Shown: positions 52,724 through 59,923 of the stretch, in pieces | Layout of the letters: the number at the start of each line of letters is the position of its first letter | Position numbering within the stretch: position 1 is the first letter of the stretch | Source: Bradymonadia bacterium | GTDB lineage: Bacteria; Myxococcota_A; Bradymonadia; UBA7976; UBA1532 | Direction of reading: 5' to 3' | DNA length: 64,000 bases | Assembly: GCA_046290225.1 (NCBI GenBank) | Contig: JBKAGE010000036.1 | Location: 386,979 to 450,978, forward strand | Translations under genes and position numbers: made by a program | The notes under the pieces: generated by a model | Told to the model about the DNA's origin: nothing | The model's database searches: none | Seen by the model: only the letters and a program-made list of their open reading frames with translations

Positions 52724-52739
52724 TGGTACGGTGGTTGCT
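52724..52739 (+). promoter_or_regulatory. Sigma-54 (-24/-12) promoter of the RRE/ATP-grasp operon
   Basis: TGGTAC-GGTGG-TTGCT, exact GG-N10-GC spacing, 46 nt before ATG 52786. Confidence 0.75.
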
Positions 52740-52785
52740 AGGAAGCATCAGTGAAGCCGAATATGGAATATGAGGAGACCCGCTG

Positions 52786-53058
52786 ATGAACCCCACACCT
52801 GCCGAAAGCCCCTGGGGGCACCTGGCATTGAGCGACAACGGGTTTCTGCTCGACACCCGCACCGGCCGCACCTTCACGTTGAGCAAGACCGGCACCTTCT
52901 TGATGAAGTCGCTGATCAATGGCGCCCCACCTGATCAGCTGCCCGGAGACCTGCTCGCCCACTACGAGGTGGACCAGGAGACTGCGAGTCGCGATGTGGA
53001 GCGGTTCATGTTCCGGGTGAAAGATCTCGGCTTGAGCGCGGCCCGGGAGGAGGGCTGA
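52786..53058 (+). CDS. Stand-alone PqqD-family protein (RiPP recognition element)
   Basis: 90 aa; GFLLDTRTGRTFTLSKTG, L..HYEVD...ASRDVERF...KDLGL; SD GAGGAG. Confidence 0.85.
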   Translation: MNPTPAESPWGHLALSDNGFLLDTRTGRTFTLSKTGTFLMKSLINGAPPDQLPGDLLAHYEVDQETASRDVERFMFRVKDLGLSAAREEG

Positions 53059-54188
53059 TGCTCATGCAGACTGAATCTCTCACCGTCGCCGTCACGGGGC
53101 TCAACGCCACCGACAACCCGGGGCCAGGGGTCCCGGTCCTCCGTGCCCTGCGGGATGGCGCCCGCGAGGTGGTGCCCCTCACCCTCGTGGGCCTCGCCTA
53201 CGACAGCCTGGATCCGGGCTGTTATCTCTCCGACGTCGCGGAGCATGTCTACCTGATGCCCTACCCCTCTCAAGGGGCCGAGGTGCTGTACCAGAGACTG
53301 CTCGACGTCCATCGGCGTACGCCCATCGATGTGTTGATCCCCACCCTCGACGCCGAGCTGCCTGCGTATTTGAAGATCGCCGATCGACTCGCAGCTCTGG
53401 GCATTCACACCTGCCTGCCCACCGAGGCCCAGCTCCAGGCCCGAAGCAAGGCCCAGCTCGCCGATCTGTGCGCCGCCGCTGGTGTTGCCACCCCCAGAAC
53501 GACGACGTTGCTCACCGCCCGGGAGATCGCCGATCTCGATCTCGAATACCCGGTCATGGTGAAGGGCCAGTTCTACGACGCGTACATGGCCTACAGCCCA
53601 GCAGAGGTGACGGGGCACTTCAACCGCATCGCTGCGAAGTGGGGGGTGCCGGTGGTGGTTCAGGAATACGTCGCTGGCCAGGAATTCGACGTTGCCGCCG
53701 TGGGCGATGGCGAAGGTGGCCTTCTCGGTGCAGTGCCCATGCGCAAGATGCAGCTCACGGACAAGGGCAAGGCCTGGGGTGGCATGACCATCGCCGACGC
53801 AGAGCTCGACACCTTCGTCGCCGAGGTCATGGCCACTCTGAAGTGGCGTGGCCCGTGTGAGCTGGAGATTCTGCGCAGCGGCGAGGATGGCACTCTTCAC
53901 CTCATCGAGATCAACCCACGTTGCCCTGCCTGGATCTACCTCAGCGCTGGCGCGAACCGGAACCTGCCCTGGCTGGTGGTGCAGATGGCCCTGGGCTTGA
54001 GCCCTGCCCCCCTTCCCCCGGCCCCACCAGGGGTCATGTTCCTGCGCTACTCCATGGACCAGATCTGTGCGCTGCCCGACTACGCGGCCATGACGACGTA
54101 CGGAGAGCTGCATCGGGGCCCTCTGAGCCGAGCCGACGCCCCAGATCTGCCCACGCCACCCACGCCTGGCGATCACCTGAGGAACTGA
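53058..54188 (+). CDS. ATP-grasp ligase (CarB-like single module)
   Basis: IDVLIPTLDAEL, RSKA, YPVMVKG, VVVQEYVAGQEF, LIEINPR; TGATG overlap with the RRE gene. Confidence 0.88.
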   Translation: MLMQTESLTVAVTGLNATDNPGPGVPVLRALRDGAREVVPLTLVGLAYDSLDPGCYLSDVAEHVYLMPYPSQGAEVLYQRLLDVHRRTPIDVLIPTLDAELPAYLKIADRLAALGIHTCLPTEAQLQARSKAQLADLCAAAGVATPRTTTLLTAREIADLDLEYPVMVKGQFYDAYMAYSPAEVTGHFNRIAAKWGVPVVVQEYVAGQEFDVAAVGDGEGGLLGAVPMRKMQLTDKGKAWGGMTIADAELDTFVAEVMATLKWRGPCELEILRSGEDGTLHLIEINPRCPAWIYLSAGANRNLPWLVVQMALGLSPAPLPPAPPGVMFLRYSMDQICALPDYAAMTTYGELHRGPLSRADAPDLPTPPTPGDHLRN

Positions 54189-54192
54189 GACG

Positions 54193-55542
54193 ATGAGCCG
54201 CAACGCATATGTGCCCCCGACCATCATCGAGCATCAGCGCGGGCTGGCGAACAAGTTCGGTCAGGGCCCCAGCCGCCGCAGTCTGCCCCGCATCGACGGG
54301 ATCGAGGTGGAGGGCCTGCTCGAGCAGTATGGCAGCCCCCTCTTCGTCTTCTCGGAGCACCGGCTGCGCCAGACGTATCGCGAGATCCACCGGGCCTTCG
54401 CGATCCGATATCCCAAGGTGCAATTCGGCTGGTCGTACAAGACCAACTACCTGGACGCGGTCTGTAAAATCTTCCACGAGGAGGGCGCCTGGGCCGAGGT
54501 GGTTTCGGAGGTGGAGTACGGCATGGCCCGACGCCTCGGCGTGCCCGGCGATCAGATCCTGTTCAATGGGCCCTACAAGCCCGAAGAAGCGCTGCGCACG
54601 GCCATTGCCGAAGGGGCCCACATCCACATCGATCATTTCGATGAGCTCTACATGATGGAGCGTCTCGCCGCGGAGGCGGGGCGGGTGGTGCCGGTGACGC
54701 TGCGCCTCAACATGGACACAGGTGTCGTCCCCCGCTGGGATCGATTCGGCTTCAACGCCGACAATGGCGAGGCCATGGACGCCATCCGCAGACTCTACAG
54801 CGGCGGCCACCTGGTGCTCGAGGGGCTGCACAGCCACATCGGCACCTTCATGCTCGACCCCCATGCGTATGGTCGGGCGGCAGCGAAGATCGCGGCCCTG
54901 GCCCTGAAGGCCAGGGCCGCAGTAGGGGCGCGCATCAAGTACATCGATCTCGGGGGCGGCATCGCCTCCCGGGCCACGCTCCACGCTCAGTATGCTCCAG
55001 GGACCGATACCACCCCGCCGGTGGACGACTACGCCGAGTCGATCTGCAGCGCCCTCCTCGCCGCGGGCTTCTCCCACGACGAGTTGCCCACCCTGGTCCT
55101 CGAGACCGGCCGGGCCATGGTGGACGAGGCAGGCTTCCTCATCACTCGAGTGGTGGGCAACAAGCGGCTCTCCACTGGGGCTCGAGCTGTGGTGATCGAT
55201 GCCGGGGTCAATGTGCTCTTCACCTCGTTCTGGTATCGACACGATGTGCTCCCGGTCATCGATCGGGGCGGCATGCTCGAAGAGGCGGTGGTCTATGGGC
55301 CGCTGTGCATGAACATCGACGTGGTGCGCCCCTCTGTGATGTTGCCCCCACTCGAGGCGGGTGATCCGCTGGTGATCCGGCCGGTGGGGGCTTACAACCT
55401 GACTCAGTCCATGCAGTTCATCCGGCTCCGGCCGGCGGCTGTGCTCATCGGTCAGCGCGGTGAGATCGACTTGATTCGGGCGGCAGAAGTCATCGATGAC
55501 GTCAAAGGCCCAGAGCGACTCCCAGCCCGCTTCACTCAGTGA
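54193..55542 (+). CDS. Fold-type III PLP decarboxylase (LysA/ODC-like) with N-terminal extension
   Basis: YGSPLFVF, SYKTN (PLP Lys), FNGP, RFG, HSHIGT, DLGGG, ETGR, GPLC, GAY. Confidence 0.88.
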   Translation: MSRNAYVPPTIIEHQRGLANKFGQGPSRRSLPRIDGIEVEGLLEQYGSPLFVFSEHRLRQTYREIHRAFAIRYPKVQFGWSYKTNYLDAVCKIFHEEGAWAEVVSEVEYGMARRLGVPGDQILFNGPYKPEEALRTAIAEGAHIHIDHFDELYMMERLAAEAGRVVPVTLRLNMDTGVVPRWDRFGFNADNGEAMDAIRRLYSGGHLVLEGLHSHIGTFMLDPHAYGRAAAKIAALALKARAAVGARIKYIDLGGGIASRATLHAQYAPGTDTTPPVDDYAESICSALLAAGFSHDELPTLVLETGRAMVDEAGFLITRVVGNKRLSTGARAVVIDAGVNVLFTSFWYRHDVLPVIDRGGMLEEAVVYGPLCMNIDVVRPSVMLPPLEAGDPLVIRPVGAYNLTQSMQFIRLRPAAVLIGQRGEIDLIRAAEVIDDVKGPERLPARFTQ

Positions 55543-55663
55543 GGCGGGGCCTGGGGCCGTCGGTGGGACCGCCCTCGCAACTGCGCCCGTGGTCGCTGAC
55601 GCCACGGCGCATCGAGGCGCTCTGTCATCGCGCATCAAAGGGCCGCTGACCTTCAAGGGGCCG

Positions 55664-57754
55664 ATGGACACATTGCTCAAGCCCTACGCCCAGGTGCTCT
55701 TCGGCGACAGCCGCTGGGGCGCCATCGTGGCGGTGCTGGCGACGTTCGTGACCCCCACTCACGGCCTCCTGGGGCTGCTGTGTGTCGCGCTCACCGTGGG
55801 ATGGGCCCGTCTGCTGGGCCGAACCGCCGAGGAGATCAAGGCCACGGCCTATGGGGTCAATGGCCTGCTCGTGGGTCTCGCCCTCGGGGTGTACTACCCC
55901 TTGTCCGGTGCCTTGGTGATCCTCACGGTGCTGATCACCCTGCTCACCGCCATCCTCACGGCGGTGCTCACGGGCCGGGCCGCCCGTGGTGTAGGGGTGC
56001 CGATCCTGAGTCTGCCCTTCGTGCTGGCCACCTGGGCTGCGCTGCTCGCCGCTCGCCGGTTGAGCGCCCTCGAGCTCAAAGCCCTCGACGTCACGACGCC
56101 GCTTCTCCACTGGCCGGGCCTCTTCGAGGGTCATGACGTGATCTCGATCTATGTGAAGGCCATGGGGGCTTGCTTCTTTCAGGTGGAGGCGCTCTCTGGC
56201 CTGCTCGTGGTGGTAGCCCTCTTGCTCATCTCCCGCTGGTCATTCCTGCTGTCGATCCTCGGCTTCGCCACTGGCTGGCTGACATACGACATACTCGGCG
56301 GCGCCCCAGGTGATCTCACCACCCAGATGATCGGGTTCAACTTCATCCTCGCGGCCATCGCCACCGGCGGGGTGTACACCCTGCTCAGCCCGGCGAGTCT
56401 GGGTCTCGCGGCAGTGAGCGGGGCCCTGGCGGCGATGTTGAGCGCCGCGGTGCTGTCGATGCTGGCCCCCATCGGCCTGCCGCCTCTGGCCTTGCCCTTC
56501 ATTCTGGCCACACAGCTGCTGGTCTTCGCCTTGATCACCGCGGTGGCTCTGGGGCCTCTGAGGCGCACTCAAGGGGTACCCTCGACACCGGAGCGCAACC
56601 TCACCCGAGCCCAGGCAAAGGCCCGCCGCTACCCCGATCCGGCGCTGCCTCTGGTGCAGCTGCCGGTCATGGGCCGCTGGCGGGTGAGCCAGGGACATCA
56701 CGGCCCTCACACCCACCAGGGCCTGTGGGCCCATGCCTGGGATTTCGAAGTGGTGGATCACCCCACCTTCAATGCGCCGGTGGTGGCCCCCATGGCCGGA
56801 CAGGTGGTGAAGGTGGTGGACAGCGTAGAGGACAACCCCATCGGCGAAGTGAACACGGCCCAGAACTGGGGCAACCTGGTCATCCTCTGGCATCACGGGC
56901 AGGTCTATTCGGCGCTGTGTCACCTCAAGCAAGGCAGCATCACCGTCACCGAGGGGCAGTACGTCACCCGAGGGCAGACCATTGGCAAGGTGGGCAACTC
57001 GGGTCGCTCACCGGTGCCCCATCTGCACCTGCAACTCCAGAGTCGCCCTGAGGTGGGCGCCCCCACCCTCTATGGTGAGCTGTTGCATTATGTCGTCGAG
57101 GCTGAAGATGGCGCTCCGCGATATGAGACCTATGGGGTGCCCGAAGAAGGCTGTGTACTCAGCGCCCTGCAGGTGAGCGCCGAGGTCAGAGAGGCCCTCA
57201 CGCTGGCCCCGGACCTCACTTTTCACTGGGCCATCTCGGGGCCGGGCCTCTCACCTCGGGAAGAACGGTGGCGCTCCATCATCGATCCCCTCGGCGCCCG
57301 ACGTCTCGAGCAAGTAGAGGGTGAAGCAGTGCTGGCCACCGCGGGCTTCTTCGCTGACGAGCAATATTTGACGTTCCTCGACTATGACGGTGACGGCGAT
57401 GCGCTGTTGGGATGGTTGTCCCTCGGCTGTCCTCGGGTGCCGTACACCGCGCAGCGTGATCTGACCTGGTCCGATCGCCCCGAGGCGAGCCCGTGGATGG
57501 GCCTGCCGGGGCGCCTGGCCCATGAGTTGATGATGCCCTTCGCCGACGTCGGTGGTGTGCACACCTCCAGCCGCTCCAGCACCCGTATGGGCGAAGTCGT
57601 CGTCACCACCACGCTCCAATGGCCCCGTGGCGTGGCGAAGAGCGGACGACGCCCTGATGAAATCGAGGTGGTGTGGACCACCGGTCAGGGCCCTACAGCC
57701 ATCACGCTCCGCCGCGACGGCGCCGTGGTGCTCGAAGGGGTGAGACGATCATGA
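55664..57754 (+). CDS. Urea-transporter-family membrane domain fused to M23 peptidase-like domain and unknown C-terminal domain
   Basis: Two-fold repeat QVLF/GVNG/LPF and ACFF/GFN/LPF; then HAWDF, PVVAP..G.V, GNLV...H, HLK, GNSGRS..PHLHLQ. Confidence 0.82.
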   Translation: MDTLLKPYAQVLFGDSRWGAIVAVLATFVTPTHGLLGLLCVALTVGWARLLGRTAEEIKATAYGVNGLLVGLALGVYYPLSGALVILTVLITLLTAILTAVLTGRAARGVGVPILSLPFVLATWAALLAARRLSALELKALDVTTPLLHWPGLFEGHDVISIYVKAMGACFFQVEALSGLLVVVALLLISRWSFLLSILGFATGWLTYDILGGAPGDLTTQMIGFNFILAAIATGGVYTLLSPASLGLAAVSGALAAMLSAAVLSMLAPIGLPPLALPFILATQLLVFALITAVALGPLRRTQGVPSTPERNLTRAQAKARRYPDPALPLVQLPVMGRWRVSQGHHGPHTHQGLWAHAWDFEVVDHPTFNAPVVAPMAGQVVKVVDSVEDNPIGEVNTAQNWGNLVILWHHGQVYSALCHLKQGSITVTEGQYVTRGQTIGKVGNSGRSPVPHLHLQLQSRPEVGAPTLYGELLHYVVEAEDGAPRYETYGVPEEGCVLSALQVSAEVREALTLAPDLTFHWAISGPGLSPREERWRSIIDPLGARRLEQVEGEAVLATAGFFADEQYLTFLDYDGDGDALLGWLSLGCPRVPYTAQRDLTWSDRPEASPWMGLPGRLAHELMMPFADVGGVHTSSRSSTRMGEVVVTTTLQWPRGVAKSGRRPDEIEVVWTTGQGPTAITLRRDGAVVLEGVRRS

Positions 57755-59130
57755 CGTGGCCCTTGATGACCGCCCTCGTGCTGATGCTGGCCCCCAACCC
57801 TACCCATGAATCAGTGTGGCAGAAGAGCGTTGCCATGGAGACTCAAGGGGACTTCGCCGGTGCCTTGAAGCTCATTGAGGCGCGCTGGCTGGCAGAGCCC
57901 ACCCTCCCCCTGGCCCTGCGCCGTGGCTGGCTGTTGATGAAACTCGAACAGCCCGCTCAGGCGGTTCGAGCGTATGGCGACGCTCTGACCCTGGCGCCCA
58001 CCTCTGAAGATGCGCTCTTGGGTCTCCAGTGGGCCCACTTGAGCCAGTCGGACTGGTCTGGCGCCGCCCAGGCAGGGCGTCAGGCCTTGGAAGTCGCACC
58101 CATGAACGCCTGGGCTACCGGGCGCCAGGGGCTCGCGCTCTTCATGCTCGGGGACTACGACGAGGCGCGCACGCTCTATGTAAAGGCCCTCGCCGCCCAA
58201 CCAGACAATGGAGAGTTTCACCTGGGCATGGGGTTCACGCTCAAGGCCCTCGGTGAAGTCGAGGCGAGCGCCACGGCCTGCAATCACGCCCGCCGGTTGA
58301 TGCCCGAGGATCCCCGGATCCCCGAATGCCTCGCCTCAACGCCCGAGGGCCCTCAGGTCTGGGGCGCTGCCTCGAGTTCGGTGTTGTTCTACAGCGGAGC
58401 ACTGGTCGGTGAAGAGCTCGTGGCCTATACCGTGAGCGCCGGCGCGGCGCTGAGCCCCAATTGGCTCATCTGGGCTGGGGGCAACGCGAGCACCCTCGCC
58501 CGAAGCGAAGACTCTGGGGGTGAGCCCTACAACCAGGTGGCGCCCATCGCAGGCATCGGCTGGCGAGACGACGGATGGCGCGCAGGTGTTTCGGTGGTGC
58601 CTTACATCTTCGCCAATGAAGAGGAGGTCGAAGGCACCAACGTGTTTCTCGGCCACGTGGGCCGGGCCCCAGCGCGACCTGGCGCTCTCGGTGCAGATCT
58701 CGACGTCGCATGGACCCGTAGCCCTGGCGACGATGTCATCCAGCTCGATCCCATGCTCCATTGGGCCGTCACCTCCCGCCTCACCCTGGGTCTTGGTCCC
58801 GAGATCCAGCTGTTTCCAGAAGAAAGCGGAGGGGTGGCCATACTGCTCAGCGGACACCTCGACCTCGACTGGCGACTCCACCCCCAATTTGGCGTCGGGC
58901 TCCTGGGCTATGCAGGCCCTCGCCGCTACCCCGTGACCGCCGATGGCCTCTCCATCTGGACCGGGGGCGAGCGATTCACCGCAGGGGTCAACGCTCGACT
59001 GAGCTGGCAGCCACTGCCCTGGCTCGAGGCTCGGCTGGCCATCGTCCATGACACAGGCGACGAACAATATGGCGTCGACGAAGCGTTCAGCATCACGGGG
59101 GGTACCCTCGGGCTGAGCGTGAGCTGGTAA
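57751..59130 (+). CDS. Exported TPR protein with C-terminal outer-membrane beta-barrel
   Basis: ATGA overlap; signal-like N-terminus; TPR helices; amphipathic strands ending GLSVSW. Confidence 0.7.
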   Translation: MTWPLMTALVLMLAPNPTHESVWQKSVAMETQGDFAGALKLIEARWLAEPTLPLALRRGWLLMKLEQPAQAVRAYGDALTLAPTSEDALLGLQWAHLSQSDWSGAAQAGRQALEVAPMNAWATGRQGLALFMLGDYDEARTLYVKALAAQPDNGEFHLGMGFTLKALGEVEASATACNHARRLMPEDPRIPECLASTPEGPQVWGAASSSVLFYSGALVGEELVAYTVSAGAALSPNWLIWAGGNASTLARSEDSGGEPYNQVAPIAGIGWRDDGWRAGVSVVPYIFANEEEVEGTNVFLGHVGRAPARPGALGADLDVAWTRSPGDDVIQLDPMLHWAVTSRLTLGLGPEIQLFPEESGGVAILLSGHLDLDWRLHPQFGVGLLGYAGPRRYPVTADGLSIWTGGERFTAGVNARLSWQPLPWLEARLAIVHDTGDEQYGVDEAFSITGGTLGLSVSW

Positions 59131-59179
59131 GGTGATGGCCATGTGCACAGATCAGACAGTTCTCAAAAGGATGCCCAAC

Positions 59180-59818
59180 ATGCGTACGACCACAGCCTTT
59201 CTCTCTGCAATGTGGGTGAGCATCTTCGCCTTGGCCGCCCACAGCGCCCCACCCAAAGACACCGGCACGCTCTTCTCCACCTCGTTCACCAAAGAAGCTC
59301 AGGGCCGAATTGACGATGCAGTGCGGCCCATGCTCAAGGTGATCAAACAAGATCCCAAGCACTACGTGGCCCACTTGAGGGCAGGCTGGCTCTACTATCA
59401 CGGCAATCGCTATGACGAGTCGGTGAGATACTACGAGAAGGCCGTCGCCCTCTCTCCCAAGGCCCTCGAGCCCAAGCTCGGCCTGATGCTGCCCCTGATG
59501 GCCGCCAAACGCTGGAAGGCCGCAGAGCGTGTCGGGCAGCAGATTCTGAAGGTGGCGCCTCATCAGTACACCGCCTTGAGCCGGCTGGCCTATGTGGCCT
59601 TCTTGCAAGGGCGGTACACCGAAGCCGAGAAGCGCTACAAGATGGTGCTGGAGAACTACCCCAGCGACATCGAGATGATGTTGGGCCTCGCCTGGACATA
59701 TACCCGCCAGGGGCGTAAGGGAGAGGCCCGTACGATGTTTGAGAACGTGCTGGCCATACGTCCTGAAAACGGCTCGGCAAAATCGGGTCTGTCCACCCTC
59801 GGCAACGGCCCCAGTTGA
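59180..59818 (+). CDS. Secreted TPR protein
   Basis: Signal peptide ending AHS-A; TPR repeats (LRAGWLYY, YEKAVALSP, LGLAWTY). Confidence 0.8.
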   Translation: MRTTTAFLSAMWVSIFALAAHSAPPKDTGTLFSTSFTKEAQGRIDDAVRPMLKVIKQDPKHYVAHLRAGWLYYHGNRYDESVRYYEKAVALSPKALEPKLGLMLPLMAAKRWKAAERVGQQILKVAPHQYTALSRLAYVAFLQGRYTEAEKRYKMVLENYPSDIEMMLGLAWTYTRQGRKGEARTMFENVLAIRPENGSAKSGLSTLGNGPS

Positions 59819-59867
59819 CCGCGCCCAGCCCCTCAGCCTAGAAGCATCCACAGATAAAGAACATACA

Positions 59868-59886
59868 TAGGCACACATTTTGCCTA
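59868..59886 (+). promoter_or_regulatory. Possible sigma-54 promoter and/or palindrome upstream of the 59924 gene
   Basis: AGGCAC-ACATT-TTGCC (GG-N10-GC); also TAGGCA-N7-TGCCTA. Confidence 0.45.
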
Positions 59887-59923
59887 CGTCTCCCCGCATC
59901 CTACTGCGCATCAGGAGTCGTGT

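Noticed and set aside
52786..55542. PQQ biosynthesis, carAB, or routine lysA locus
   Set aside because: No pqqA/B/C/E or carA; the ATP-grasp is a single 376-aa module; lysA activity not excluded, so no symbol assigned
55543..55663. Precursor peptide in the gap before the urea-transporter fusion
   Set aside because: No independent ORF with SD and leader-like motif; may be a longer N-terminus of the transporter (frame open from 55496)
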